Of a DNA stretch of 64,000 nucleotides, positions 24,057-39,275 are shown piece by piece. Both the position numbers and the translations under genes were made by a program. Position 1 is the stretch's first letter, and each line of letters begins with the position of its first letter. The stretch covers positions 114,824,001 to 114,888,000 of the forward strand of contig OX597814.1 in assembly GCA_951406725.2 (NCBI GenBank), written 5' to 3'. The DNA is from Octopus vulgaris. Its lineage: Eukaryota. The notes beneath the pieces were generated by a model that saw only the letters and a list, made by a program, of their open reading frames with translations, had not been told where the DNA came from and did no database searches.

Positions 24057-27000
24057 AACTTAGATTGTATCGTAAATACTTCTGAATCTTAGAAGGTATG
24101 AATATTAGGAAGATATAATAAATGCGCAGAAATCGAAGGTATCAGAAAGCGCCAAAAGACAACAGATGTCATGAATGGCCTGAAGCTTGAAAATATAACG
24201 GCAATACTCAGGAGACTAAATCTCAAGAGGATTTAAAGGACAATATCTTATCATTATTTTGATAAAATATTTATCTGTCCAGTTGTCTTGTAAGTTGTAA
24301 TGTTTGTAGCAATTTCCGGATGTGTGTAACTTGACATAATTTCACTTAAGACATGACAGAAATAAAATATGTTTCGGTTCTGCTGTTCTGCTTAACAGTG
24401 AAATGCATAAGTGACTTCAAACCACTTCGGTTGTGTTAAGAACTCAAAAGTTTAAATATTTAATGATAGGGGTTATCGTCAATATTTTGTTTATGTCAAA
24501 TATTCGGGTTATTCTGGCATGCGGACGACAATCTGTATTCCCGCTTGAGACTTTTTTGGCTGTTAACAAAATAAAATGGAAAACGAATGTGCATAGGTAA
24601 CATTCTTTGGTCCATGTGCAGTTTAGTGCTTAAATAAGAAATACACACTTTGATACGACTAACAAGAGACAGGCAGAAGACATAGAGTCTTCACTTTACC
24701 ATTCCCTTCTCTATGGAAGCTGTCGTATGACAAGGGACATAGTGCATTTTAAAGTCAATGTTTTTGATACAACTGTAATAATTCCGGGTTGACATGGGAG
24801 TTAATTTTATTATGAGCTAATTTTGAACTTCAGTTCAGAATAAAGTTAATTAAAAATGAATCATATACAAGAACTAAAAGTTAATTCATTAGACAGGAAT
24901 GAAATTGGCATTTTCCTTAAATTACTAGCAAAAGATTTAGAAATTAGAAACTCAATGGGAAGTACTATTGATAATTTTTCTGTTTGTTTTATTTGTGGCT
25001 GGTTTTGTGTTTAATAAATTTAGAAAGAAATTAGTAGTCTACCATCTGCAAGTTATGTTGTAGAATCTTCTTCGAAAGTTTTAATTAATTGATAACTATT
25101 TACAAATAAACCAGGCAAACAAAATTATCGTGAGGATGAGAAAGTAAATAAAGAGATAAGAGAGAAAAATGTTGCGGTAGATGTTCATACTTAAAAGTTG
25201 AAAGCGAAATTGCATAACGATTTTACAAGATTTGTATCTCGTACAAATGCATAGCAATTTTAATAATTAAGTTCCTTACATCTCTCTATATTTCTTCTTC
25301 CCCTCTTTTCTCTCACTCGTCTCTCTCTCTCACCCTTCCTAAGTATCTTTTGCAACTGTTATTTTTATTTAAAATACATTTCATGCGTTGCTTCTTCAAT
25401 CTAATGGAATAACAACTACCGCGAAAGAAAATTTAAATGACGGTTTCATATTTATATTATGAAATAATTATTGAGATTCTTTCCCAGTTGTTAATCCAGA
25501 TTTTATGTTTAGGAATTGCTATTTAAAACTTTATTTGCAACAGTCACTTTGAAAGAAACTATTTAATTATTTAAAAAGAAAAGAAGTATTATGAAATCAT
25601 TTCCTTGAATTTGGAATTTCTCTTCCCCTGTCCTTGTTTCCTGAGATGATCGTCAATACCAAGCATTGTAATCTTTAAAAATTCTTAGTAAATGTCTGGT
25701 AATCTGATTCAACAAGTTGGTTTCCAGTTGGTTATTAGTTCCCTTCACTTAATTAATATCTTAGAACTAAAGGGATGTCACGCATTTAAGAAATCGTATT
25801 ACATACGTGGTATTTTTCAGAAACTCAACTTACATAATCTTCGTTCGTCCGAAATGGATTTCATTAAACTAGCGATTAAAATTGACATTATACAATCGTG
25901 TAAGATGTTGATTCAATGTTATATAATCATTGAATACAGAGAGATCGAGTCGACAACCTCATTTCAATTCCCGCTATATATTTAAATACATTGGCGAAGG
26001 TAATGACAAGAACACGTTCTATTTAACTTCTTGTGAGAAAAGCGGGTTCTTTGAGTTACAATGGTCATCTGCTGACAGACTTCATTCCAGGCGTTTTCTG
26101 GCATCAATAATAATATCTTTAAGAACTGACAGACGTGGTACTGTATTGCTGGATCAGTCTCTTTATAAATGTCTAGCATGAACAACGAGTGTCGTTGAGT
26201 TATAGCTCTGTCCCCAATGTGATTATTAATGTAATTAAAGAAGTTCCAGTTAGATGGAGTTGTTCTGTTTCTGGGGTTTCTTTGTATCCGAATATTTTCA
26301 TACTTAACGGAATGATTAGGATACTGTGACATGCTTCTCTCTTTTAAATACATTAATGACACCAGTAAAACATGACAACCAATAAAATCTGTCATGGATT
26401 ATTAGAATTGGGTTTGCTTAGATTTTACCGAAGCTCCACAGTAGTTGCTACACAAGATAATCTTGTAGTATATGTCTCTTCATATAGAGAGAAAGTAATA
26501 AAGAAACATTCCCAAAAGAGAAAATGGCGATTACCATTTTTCTTTTCTAAAGTAGATGGCATAAATATCAATCTATGTTGTCTTGTACCATTTGCCTTCA
26601 AAGTATCATATAGGGAAATAGATCACAGTGAGTTAACATTTGTTTGATTTCTTTATTTGACTATAAGCAAACATGCAACAGTTGAAATGCTGGGGAGATC
26701 TGTTTATACACAAAAATAAAGGAAGAAATATTTCTACAAGCTCCTAAATTCAGTTTAACTGCTAGACTGTACTCAGGTATACTTTGAAAGAAATAGTGAT
26801 ACACTTTGACAATAGAAAAATATACACTTAACCATAAAGAGACTCTTTAAATGTGACAAACTATAATCAATGATAAACAAATTTCATGCACAAAAACACC
26901 GAGCTATCGAATTGCATACATTCGAAAACTGGAAAATGTAGTTCTAGATATAATGTGCCTTACAAAAATGGAATGGACTTGAATGGAACATCATTGATCA

Positions 27001-30000
27001 TAAATCTGTTTCATCAGGGATGGACTGAGGTCGAACACAAGAACATGTGTGTGTGCGCGCGCGCACACACACACACACATATTAATCATATCATATCAAA
27101 GGGAAATTGAAATTAATTAAAATTTTCATTTCCAATGGCCTAACGTGTAAAAATTTAGTCTCAAAAGACTATGAATTAGTCATAAAATACAGTGTACATT
27201 TAAACACATGGGGTATCCTCTAGTGGGTTTCAACACGCTAGAAAGAACAGCTAAGTTCTATAACCACAAAATTATATATAAATATATGAGAGAGAGAGAG
27301 GTTATGGGAGGTAATGGTGTCAGTAAGACCCAAAGGTGTCAGGTAATGCTGAGTAAGTGCTATAGATAGACCACAGGTAAGCTCCAGGTTCAGTAATTAT
27401 GCGAAGAGTCCGACGTAGGTCATATATCAGCGTTTTAGTCCGAGAAGAAATAGCGTCAATAACTTTAGTAGGGAATCATAGACTGAGAAGGTGGCGTAGC
27501 TGGTGTTCAGATCTTACTCATATAAACTGATGTCAGTAAATTGAATATGATGTGAGAATGATGGGTGATGGGATGTGTTGTTCTGTAGCCATAGATCTTG
27601 GACATACTGTAGGGTAATCTATTAATATTTGTCAATTGCCAAGCTGATGTCGGCTATTGTACCAGAAATACGCATCCACGACTATCCTCTTATCTCCAGA
27701 TAAAAAGCCTCTCCTTTTCCTTGATAACATATCAATCTTGGATAATACTAGATTCTTGAGATTGTCTCCCCTTCTCACTTGGAGCTGGTCTTAATTGCCG
27801 TTTAGCAATAGTGATGCATCTTCAAGAGCGGAGATAATTTTATTAAATCAAGAAATTATGCTGCATTTTTCATAAACCTGTATTTGTCCATGCCATTTAA
27901 TACAAGGTTGAATAAACTATGCAGTAAACACCACAGAAGAATGAGAGTCTAGTGTACCAGAAAGACCCAAAAATGGTTGGCATGCAGCTTTTTTAATTGA
28001 GAGGATCAGATACTATAGAAACTAAAGAAAAAATAATTTATTGAGTGTTCATAATAGAGGGCTTTTAGTGATGGCATCATCTTGAATGCAAATATTTCCA
28101 CAATGACAAATGAATAATTTTCTGTCGCACAAAACGTATTATATGCAGTTGAAAATTTCGCCAATTTAACCATTTCACGTTTCAGTTTCTAAGTCACAAA
28201 TTTGCTTCTAGCTTACTGAATCCAATCTTTTGTCGCCATCACCAACACTATAAAATCATCATAGTATGAAGACCTTGAAGAAATATGCATAAGATATGCA
28301 CGGTCTTAAAAAAGTATTAAAGTCTTTATATAGATTTATGCTGTGAAAGTATATTTATGTTTACTAATGTAACATATTTCATTTGCAAATTGGTTTGTTT
28401 AAACTCCAGTTCTACATGATATATTTTAAGCATTTTCGTTCTTCATTCTCCACAACCTTTTACATATATATAAGTAAAAGCAAACATTTAAAACAGAATA
28501 TGTGGAGGCAAACGACTTCATTCGTTTGCTTCTAGACTTAATACATAGGTGCATAGCACAGAGTATATTTTATTGTTAGTTTTACAACTATATAGGAATT
28601 AGACTTGTTGGTTTATTGGACAGTTTGCGTACTTGGAAAATACAGTCAGATAACAACTACAAGAAATTGATGTTTATGGATATCTGAATAATTCAATGTA
28701 TACACACTGCATTGAATTTACCGTATTGTTAAATGTATGGATGTTCAGTGTGTGATGTATGAATAAGCAACTCGTAATTAACAATTGTTCTGTTTTTATT
28801 CTAAATATATTTCGAATGGGGAAAATAGTTTATGTATTGTTTTTATTTTTACGGATATCAAAACTACAATGCAAAAAACATTGGTCTATTGTAGAATGTC
28901 ACAACCGTGAAAATTGGTTAAACCAGCCAAAATCAACCAATGCTTCGTTGATTCAGACTAACAGGCAGCATTGTTTATAAATATAGAGCAGTTATTCAAC
29001 AATAGCAGAATGGTCTGACTTGTTTTTTGTGTGTTAGTATAAAACATATTTAAGAAAGTAAGGCGAGCAGTTATACATCTTCATATCATACAGATATAAA
29101 CTAGGGAAGACGTTTTGCTTAGAAAATTGTATGTATGCATAATACAAACTATATATGTGTCTATGCATGAGCTAGAGTGCACACACACACAAGCATACAC
29201 ACGGAGACGCACAATGACTCATATAGACACATATATAAAGATATACACGCATGTATAAATATACTCAGGTATGCACACATGTTTAGATATATAAGGGAGA
29301 TCAAGAGAGTAAAAGAGAGATCAAAAACTTTTTGATACAGTCACAATGTTTGGAAATTATTTTTACAACATATCTGAAGAGCAAAAGAAAAAAAAACCCG
29401 AAGACGATCACACACAAAACTCCCTTCATGCTTTCCATCAGGTCTATGTTAATATGTCTTTGAAATATTTTTAGATAATTTTTAAATTTTAAAGAAATTT
29501 TAAGCAATTCAGGTAAGATATATGCATGTGTGTGTGTGTGTGTGTGCTTGTACGTATATGTATGTATATACTTTCTTTTATATGTCCATATTGTTCTACA
29601 TGTCCAATCTTCATATATAATATATATCATTACCTCAACGGGATAATCATTCAAATTCATTGCCATTCTAATTAAGATTCTCATCTAATTTTGTCAAGTT
29701 TTTCTGAAAGATTTTAAATATGAATATGCGACTGCGTTCATTTCTTAATCTTCTGCTCTTGACAGAAAGGGAGACGGATATCTTGAAATTAAATTTAGTC
29801 TTAATAAGCTTTTGAAAGCACACAAGATATTTGAAATGATTGTTTAAACATTTACGTTAAATTGCTAAATATAATCTGAAACTATTATAGCATATGTTGT
29901 AAGCATATGGATATAAAAATATACAGATAAACATACAGACGGATAGGTACATAGGTTATAAGAACAGACAAGCACACATACAGCAAATGGAGACTGACAC

Positions 30001-31335
30001 ACACTTTACTCCACATAAGGACACATATGGAGACATGGGTTCACACATATAGAGATGCAATGCACATCCATACATACAAACATGGTACATAGTTGCATAA
30101 CAGACATGCACGCACAAGGAGACAAAGGTGCATACATATACAAAGACACGCTCACACACACACACATAAAAATACACAAACACGTACATACAAGCACATG
30201 AATATGCAGGATACATACATACAGATGCACACACACATATATACATTTGCATACACACACATATATACATACATACACATGCAAGCATGCATACACAAAT
30301 ACATACGTACATGCATGCATAGGCACACACATGCGCACAAACAAACAAAAAAGAACGCAGTGTAAATAATAGACAGAGTCAAGACTATTGAAGAGGTTGC
30401 AAGACGAAACGAAAATTTTAGGAAAATATAAATAAGGAATAAGTGGAAATTTTACCGGTCAGTGTGTTAAATTCTAAGGCACAAAAAGAGAATGTCTTTC
30501 CCCAGACACAACAGAATATTATCGACCCGTTTGATTTAATGTTATAGTGAGACATTTGTAGTCAGCAGTACGTTCTCAATACGCAGGAACGGTGTTTCGA
30601 TTCCATTTGAAGAAATTTCATTTTCTATACGTAGCACATTTTTCTTTTCGAGAATTGTAACAATTTCTCGAGTTCCCTTCTTCTCCGATGTAAACAATCT
30701 TGCCTTAAGGAATCAATACTATAATCAATAATAATTCTTTCCGTTATATTCAATGGTCGAAACACGAATGGTCTTCCATACTAATGAGATGGATATTGTT
30801 GATGATTATTTTAAACAGTTATCATTTGTAGTTTGATGTCTGTAAGGAAAAACAAACATGGGGTGGAATTCTAATAGGGTGTTGTGAATTTATAATGGGA
30901 ATTTTCGACGAAATATTCAGTAGGATACTTAGATGTGCGACACAACAGAGAGGGATGATATGTGGCAGGCGGCGGGTGGTAAGACAGGTGTACGTGATAC
31001 ATTAGGGGGTTGTTATATAGGTAACTATTTCAGACGCACTAAGAGCATTGATTATTTATTCTACTTGGTCTTCAAAAATTAAAAAAAAATCAAGTAAATT
31101 TGAGTTTATTTATTCCGCTTTTTTTCCTATAAAAATATAGAATATTTATCTATAAGAGCTGACGCATAGCAAACTAAATGATCTTCAGTAATGGTATCAA
31201 TTGAATTAAATAAAAAGGCCCCACAGAGAATCCGAATAAGCACCAAGTATTTTGAAATTGCTACATCAAAATAAAACACTGTCGAGGTTTATTACGGAAT
31301 ACTTAGGATGAAGGAAAAACACATTCCAATACGTA

Positions 31336-31682
31336 GCACTTGGACAAGTGTCTTCGACTGTGGCCTCTGGTCCAGCAAAGCCTTGAAAATGGATTTGGCA
31401 GACAGAAACTGAAAGAAGCTCGACTTTTATGTATGTGTATGTGTTTTTCATTTGTGTGTGTGTGTCTTTGTGTCTCTGTTTGTCCCCCACCACCGCTTGA
31501 CAATCGGCATTGGTGTGTTTTCGTCGCCATAACTTAGCGGCTTGGCAAAAGAGACTGAGTAAAGAAGTACCAGGCTTTAAAAAATAAGTACTGGTGTCGA
31601 TTCATTCGATTTAAAACTCTTCGAGGCCGTGCCTCAGCATGACTGCAGTGAAATGACCGAAGTAAGTAAAAGATAAAAGATA
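31336..31682 (+). mobile_element. 5'-truncated SINE B copy
   Basis: Begins at cacttggacaagtgtcttc and is otherwise colinear with family B. Confidence 0.8.
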
Positions 31683-31988
31683 ACAGATAGAAGAAAGTAA
31701 GAAATAAATGATAAAAACACGTCGTCTATCAAACAAATTGTTTAATAAATATTGCAGAAACTCTAACTGCTTCCTTCTCTTTGAAGGAATTTTATATTGA
31801 ATATTGCATCAAATGTAAACAGTATCTTTGAACTAATTACTTCTGATAGACTCTTTGAAAGTAGTTTTGAGGAATTTCTGAAAGGTCATGATAGACCTGA
31901 TGATGAAAGCCATGTAATCATCACAATACATTTACTTTTACAACAATAACCACTGATGTTACCTCATTATAAGATGAACTAAATATAT

Positions 31989-32206
31989 TTCTTTATTGCC
32001 CACAAGGGGCTAAACACAGAGGGGACAAAAAAGGACAGACAGACGGATTAAGTCTATTATATCGACCCCAGCGCGCGACTGGTATTTAATTTATGAACCC
32101 CGAAAGGATGAAAGGCAAAATTGACCTCGGCGGAATTTGAACTCAGAACGTAACGGCAGACGAAATACGGCGACGCATTTCGCTCGACGCGCTAATGTTT
32201 CTGCCA
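31989..32206 (-). mobile_element. SINE A monomer with 12-bp TSD
   Basis: TSD gaactaaatata at about 31977 and 32207. Confidence 0.88.
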
Positions 32207-32247
32207 GAACTAAATATAACATTTGAACGAACTAGTTCTTACATACT

Positions 32248-32628
32248 GGAGGCGCAATGGCCCAGTGGTTAAGGCAGCGGACTCGCGGTCGTAGGATCGC
32301 GGTTTCGATTCCCAGACCGGGCGTTGTGAGTGTTTATTGAGCGAAAACACCTAAAGTTCCACGAGGCTCCGGCAAGGATGGTGGTGATCCCTGCTGTACT
32401 CTTTCACCACAACTTTCTCTCTCACTCTTACTTCCTGTTTCTGTTGTATTTCAAAGGGCCGGCCTTGTCACTTTCTGTGTCACGCTGAATATCCCCGAGA
32501 ACTTCGTTAAGGGTACACGTGTCTGTGGAGTGCTCAGCCACTTACACGTTAATTTCACGAGCAGGCTGTTCCGTTGATCGGATCAACTGGAACCCTCGTC
32601 GTCGTAACCGACGGAGTGCTTCCAACAA
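32248..32628 (+). mobile_element. Full-length SINE family C (tRNA-derived) with 11-bp TSD
   Basis: Head ggaggcgcaatggcccagtggtt...ggtttcgattcc, tail ccctcgtcgtcgtaaccgacggagtgc. TSD tcttacatact at 32237-32247 and 32629-32639. Confidence 0.9.
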
Positions 32629-33907
32629 TCTTACATACTAGCTCTTACATACGCGCGCGCAAAACAGACACATCACAAACTATTTTTTTCGCTTATGGCT
32701 CTCCATGAAGTCAGATTATAATCAATGTTCTCATTTATGATATTTTTAAAGGACTATATATATATATAAATGCAAGGAAACAGCTGTATGAGTGGAGTTG
32801 TATTTATTTATTAATTTATTCCTATGATTATAGTAAATAAATCTTACTGATGTTTGTCAATTGAATCTCTTTTCCATTTCCTTCCTTGTTTACGTCCACT
32901 TTTGTCTACCTATTATTCAATTGTACTATTGCCTTGCAACAGTAAGCCTTTGAATCTAAATAGGTATCCCTCCAGTAGTATATTGGATATTTATTATCTC
33001 TAAACGGTTGTCTAACCTCAAACTCCTATATACTTATATATATACACCCCAATCCTTGATGCACAGCTTCATTTCAACTGGGACGTGAAAATATTTGACT
33101 GATGAATTCAAGTGCAGATCTATGAGTATGCCGGTATCACTACATTTCATGTGATGCAGAGTGAGTTTATTCTGCCCCACCCCACCACCTTTAGTCCCCT
33201 TTAGCAAAAAGACCGCCGAGTCAACTTCTGAAAACGAAGCGTTTTGGTCTTTAAAACACTCCGTCTACTCTCTAGCGAGCGTCAACGACAGTGTGTTTGA
33301 CGACGGACGATTTCACAGAGATGAACAATCTATGTTCGCATCATCTCAGTTGACGTCTATATAGTGTTTATTCAATGTTAGTTGTAATGGTTTAATGCAG
33401 TACTTGTTTTGTGCGTAATTTCATCCCACCAGGTGGCTTAAGGGATCTTCTAGGTACAGTGAATGATGAAGGCTTTCAGGAACTTAATGCAGTGGCTTGA
33501 TCCTTACATAAGTGTGCAAATAGACTCCTGGTAGATAAAAAAAAGAATTGGTGTGGAGTCTAACAAGGTTATTTAGAAAGGTCCTCTTTTTGAGATTTCT
33601 AAAGGACGCAGATGTCAGTCTGCTACTATCTTGAATTCCTAGTCCCGGTGTCAAAAATCGTTGAAAGCTCTTCAAACAAAATATGTCAGTTGTTTCCTGT
33701 ATAAGTCTAAATCTTCCTTGTAATAAAACATTATTCTGATTTTATTCCACTTTCTGCAGAAGCTGCAGTAGGATATTTTGTTATGTTGATGGGACAAGTC
33801 TTTTGAGCCTAGGCTTCGAGCGAACAGGAATGGGTATACAGCATAAGCATGTACACTAACCAACACACATGAAAACGAACACACAAGCCATATACATGTG
33901 TATGTGC

Positions 33908-34623
33908 TATCATCACAGCTCCTCTTCCATGTTTAACAGTTGGAAGAAGGCAGTCTGAGTCAAATGCTTCTTTTGGTTGTCTCCACTCGTATAGTCGGCC
34001 GGTAGTCGGAAAAAAAGGTAAAGGATGACTCGTCCGAGAAAATAACATTCTCCCACTACTCTAGGGACCAATTCTGTAGGTTTTTACTCCACTCTAAACG
34101 CTTTGCAACGTTTGTTTTTGAAAGTAGTGATTTTCTGATTGCAGCCTTCCCGTCAAATTTTGAGGAAACTGGGGTTTCGAGGTGGTCATTAATCTCTGCA
34201 GTAATTTTGGGAGGTATATTTTTGTGATCCTTTCTAACAATACTCGTAAGAATCTGAAAGTTTTGGTTTTCTTTCAGAGTTTTGTTTCGACGAGGAGCTT
34301 TTTCCCTCTTTCTCAAAGGCTGTCATTACTTTCAAGACAGTACTTCTTGATACACCAAACATTTCGGCTGTTTCCGTTACGCTAGCGCCTGCCCTACGAG
34401 CACCAACAATTTAACCTCTTTGAATGTCCGATAGATCTGTCATTTTAATTACCTTTTTCTGAAGATATCTGAAAAGACAACAGTAATTTTAGCAAATAAT
34501 ATTAAGCAACACTAATAATAAATTAAAAAACATAAAAATATACAAGATTTTGACAGTTTTACAGATATTTCAAAATTATGATGCTATGATGCTAGGTGTT
34601 TCCATTATTTTGTCCAACTCCTG
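33908..34623 (-). mobile_element. Tc1-like transposon, 5' half
   Basis: One TIR caggagttggacaaaataatggaaacacc next to TA. Transposase remnants MTDLSD.., AAIRKSLLSKTNVAKRLEW, CLLPTVKHGRGAVMI. Confidence 0.88.
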
Positions 34624-35510
34624 TATATATATATATATATATATAGGTAGGTAGTGTACAATTGTACTATGCTTACGTTCAAATTAAAGCTCACTCTTCA
34701 AGTAATAATACCAGGAAGCCCATTCGTCTGTTATTTCATATATATCTCTTTGTGTATGTATATACGTATGTATGCTTCTGTCTGTCAATATCTAATTTCC
34801 TCTCCCTACATCCCTTCGCCCTCTCTATATATATATTTACACTGGTATTAACGTAAACGCATAAGTATTAAAGCTAGTCAAACATCGAATCGCACTTCCG
34901 TGAACACGATTTGAGCAATAAATATGAGTTATTGCATTTACAATAACTAGGTATCGATTAGGGCTTATTAGTTTCCAGAATCTATATTTCTAGCATGAAT
35001 AAATGGGCGTAATTAGGTTCGAAGAGGCTTAGTCAAGTACATTGTCAACGTATATAGAACTAGGCATTTTTAACACATGTGCAAACGCAACTTTACGTAT
35101 TATGCACACCATATATACTAGCATAACAAAAGTAATACAGGAATATATATATATATATATACCACGCATATGCACAAGCGAGAATTGCGCAACCTATACA
35201 CACCTTAAATTATACTTTATTTATTAGTTTAATACAATTATCAGTAACTCACATTCGATAAAAATCCTCGATTGCTATTGAATGGCAGCCAAACTTGTAA
35301 AGGATGAAATGGATTAAGACACTATTGTAGTCAGCCTTTATGTCTTCTGATATATATATATGTTAAAATCTGGTATCTCAATCTACTAGTAAGGATCTAC
35401 TTCGAAAGGTTATAGTCTGAGACTTCAAGCACGCCCTCATGGCAGCCAAACTGATTAATACAAGCATAACTTCATATTTTTATTATTTAATACGTGATTT
35501 ACTTTCTTTT

Positions 35511-35931
35511 ACTATCTCTTACTTGTTTCAGTCATTTGACTGGGGCCATGCTGAAGCACCGCCTTTAGTCGAGCACATCGACCCCAGGACTTATTCTTTG
35601 TAAGCCTAGTACGTATGCTGTCGGTCTCTTTTGCCGAACCGCTGAGTTACGGGTACGTAAACACACAACCACCTGTTGTCTAGCGATGGTGGGGGAGACA
35701 AACACAGACGCACAAACACACACAAACGCACACACACACAAACACACACACACACACATATGTATATATATATATATGACGGGCTTCTTTCAGTTACCGT
35801 CTACCAAATCCACTCACAAGGCTTTGGTCGGCCCGAGGCTATAGTGGGAGACACTTGTCCAAGGCGCCACGCAGTGGGAATGAAACCGGAACCATGTAGT
35901 TGATAAGCAAGCTACTTACCACACAGCCACT
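35511..35931 (-). mobile_element. SINE B copy
   Basis: Reverse complement of family B, with an internal (CA)n(TA)n tract. Confidence 0.9.
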
Positions 35932-37275
35932 TAGTCATATTTTATTTCCAAACTAATGTTAAACACTTATTCAAAGCATCTCCAGAGCCAATCCATTAAC
36001 GTACGCACCCTTTTTGATAATTATCTTCATGAAAAAGTCCATGACCGTTACCCGCTCAAAATCCATCATCTTTCAAACGATAAACGGAAACCATTATCAA
36101 GATAAAATTCATTATGTGTGTGTGTAATGAATAAAGACATATACGATAATTTCGACAGAGCCTGCTAAAACGGACTCGCTACCAAATTGAAACCTAATGA
36201 GATAGACAGTAAACGCCACGCCTTAGATAGCTGCGAAGTAGATTTGAAGGGAAATCTAACATACTCTTTCGGGTCAGTTTTGATTCGCCACTATTGTATG
36301 CTTCAGTCCCGTGAAATCATTACTTTCCATCTTGGCAGATGATCTTAACAATGACTGTAAAATCGATGTGCATACACTGGTAACTATATCCTATTTGAAC
36401 CATCAAGATCAGTCGATAGTAATGAGTTTGTGTGAGCTAAACTGAATAAAATGTTTGTCAGACTGAATGAACGCAAGGAAACTTAATCCATCAAGCGTTG
36501 AATGCATATAAGAAATCATAAACGTGAACAGGGATCTACTTCAGCAAATATAGATGGTTACATTTTGCTGAGGGGATCACAGTATTCTAAAACATCCCGA
36601 TGTTGCGTCCCGTACATGCTAATACTACACAATATTAGTCGTTTATTAGCTACTTTATAAAATGAGAGCTTGTAATTCAGGACACTCTGCCAACCCGACT
36701 GAATCCAGAAACATGAATGTAGACAGACTTCTACAACAGCAGTACTTTATAAAACGCACATAAGACAGATTTTATCGATTTATCTTAAAATCCAAACATC
36801 AAATAAGCTACAGATATTTCTGTATTATTGCAATATTGCTCGACCATATATAGTCCAAATTAAATGAATTACTTGATAGTTGTAGTCTTCTGCGAAAGAA
36901 AGTCAGAAAATAAATTAGAAAAAGATATAAATAAAATGAAGTAAATCAAACATTCCTATCCCAAATTTGATAGATGATGTTTTTTCATAATTCATATCTT
37001 TGATCTTGTAAACAAATAGATGGACTGACCCTACTAGAGTTTGTTAATGCAACTGAGTGGATACAACAGTATGTATTCTGCCATGTAATTGTTCGTTATA
37101 CCGATACTGCTTTCCAGAACATGTAAAAGTTTCCCCAACTAAAAACTAAACGAAACCATATCATAATGCTCGAAATAGCGGGAGAAACGTGTATATATAT
37201 ACATTTACTTTACAGCAATGTAACCATACATGTGGGGTTGGCGATTCATTTTCCTTCTTGAACTTTTTTCTTCTC

Positions 37276-37310
37276 CTTTCCAACGAAGAGCTATGCTCGA
37301 AACGTCAAAA
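37276..37310 (+). ncRNA. Degenerate minimal hammerhead motif
   Basis: Reads ccaacga-a-gagc(uau)gcuc-GAAACGUC-aaaa. Stem II and GAAACGUC are intact, but CUGANGA is eroded. Confidence 0.45.
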
Positions 37311-38957
37311 ACTCTCTTCTTTCAACGAGCGTCAAATTAATACATTCCTTATGCATGCTCTTGTCTGTTGATTTTATTATTCATTTATCACACACACACA
37401 CACACACACACATTCACATACCTCCCTTTTACATACAGAAACATATGCTCACACAGAGTTGATTAATTTTCTTCACACATACAAATTAGTAGATTGGTGG
37501 AACCATTAGACTGTCGGACAAAATGCCTCGCAATATTTTACCCACTTTCTACGTTCTGAGTTCAGATTCTGTGTCGGGACAACTTGGAAATTGACGATAA
37601 AATAAAGTGGCAGACAATATACTCGACTAGCAATTCCCCAAAATTTCACTTCATGACGTCCCTTTCACATTAAATCAGTTATTCTTTACATTTCTTCCAC
37701 CTCAGGTACCTGTGTAACCGAAACTGTAGCTTCAAAATGGACATCTGCTCCCTCCAAAACGGTTACCTCAACTAGCTGGTGACGAGTTAGTTTTTTTCTC
37801 CTAGCTATTGATTAAGAAAATTATAATTTGCTTCATTTTTAATCACATTATTTCTATTTTAATCACATTTACTTCAATTTGGCTTAGTATCCTCCTGCGC
37901 AGCATCCGTCCCCTCTAGGCCAACCCTAAATATTTTTATTACAGCTTTCCCGAATTCTATAATTATAATTCAACCTCTAATCTATAATTCTTTCGTCCAA
38001 AGACATCCAGCCTGAAAGACGTATCTGCTCCTGCTTTCATTGTACCACTGGTTTCTTCGTCCAGAAATTACCCTTCGGAAACGTAATCCTTTTTCCGAAT
38101 TACTGGTCGCTTCGCTTGCATCTACAAAATTGCCATCTTCTGCATCACATGCGACCTCTATGGCTTTTTATGAATGGAAGGAGCCAGACTGAGATTAGTC
38201 GATCATTTAGGAGAGCTTTTGTTGGTTGTCCAACATCATATCAAAGGATCACTGGAACCCGGTGTCTGCCACATCAGAAATGTCCGAACCACTCCCACCA
38301 TCACCTTGTTCTTGTGCAGTTTCAGAGTTGACCTTCTTCACAATTTCTTCGTTACTTATTCCTTGAAAGAAAGTTGATTACCGCAGTATCTATTATCGAC
38401 ACTCATATACTCTATTCAACATCTACACGTACGCTGCACGGCATCCCTTTCTCACTCAACCTGCACCATTATATACAAGAGACCGTGTCTAAACCAAACA
38501 GTATTTTTCGCTTCTTATTAAATACAGATCCTATTATATCAATATCATATATATGTTGTTATATCAATTACCGAATATATCCTCTAATATCTATATCACA
38601 CCAATTTTTTATGAATATATCTACCTCTCCAGGCATCGCTAATACGCTACGTTTGCCAATGTCACCTGACTAGCAAATCTCTGCCTCCACATATCCCAAT
38701 TTGCTTCCACGCATTCTGCCCTTGATCGTGCAGACACTTACATGACAAGCTCACATGTTAAATTCCTTCAATGTATGGCCGATACTAGACCGCCGCTTAA
38801 CACTCTTTCATTTAATAGAAGCCATTTTCCCTCATCCATTTCATTTTGCTCCTTTAAACAGCCGCTACTTTAGTTCTCCATGTACATCCATGTTTTTCTG
38901 TATTTATCCAGAGCAAACTGTCTGAACCATTGATAGCTCTGTTTATGCTTCCCTACT

Positions 38958-39275
38958 GGCACTCTGTCAGCTACGACGACGAGGGTTCCAGTTGATCCGA
39001 TCAACGGAACAGCCTGCTCATGAAATTAACACGAAAGAGGCTGAACCTTCCACAGACACGCATACCCATAACGTAGTTTTCAAGGAGATTCGGCGTAACA
39101 CATGATATGAGAATGCTGGCTCTTTGAAGTACAGGTATTATTCACTTTTGTCAGTTGAGTGGACTGGAGCAACGTAAAATGAAGTGTCTTGCTCAAGGAA
39201 ACCATGCAGTGCCGCGTATCGAGCTCACGACCTTACGACTGTCAGCCGAAAGCCCTAAACACCAAACCACGCGCT
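38958..39275 (-). mobile_element. SINE C-related copy (head as at 2693, tail as at 32248)
   Basis: cgacgagggttccagttgatccgatcaacggaacagcctgctc is the reverse complement of 32559-32601. gagtggactggagcaacgt is the reverse complement of 2802-2820. Confidence 0.8.

Noticed and set aside
25982-26395. 137-aa minus-strand ORF
   Set aside because: No recognisable motif or clear splice signals. It may be a decayed TE, but a call cannot be supported.
32248-32325. SINE heads as tRNA genes (also 4151 and 4995)
   Set aside because: A and B boxes are present but there is no complete cloverleaf, and the heads continue into repeat bodies.
33095-33142. Hammerhead-like cugauga...ccggua
   Set aside because: The GAAA core is absent, so it cannot be distinguished from chance.
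37990-38930. Higher-complexity stretch resembling decayed retroelement coding sequence (also 27340-27720)
   Set aside because: No diagnostic motif could be read in any frame.
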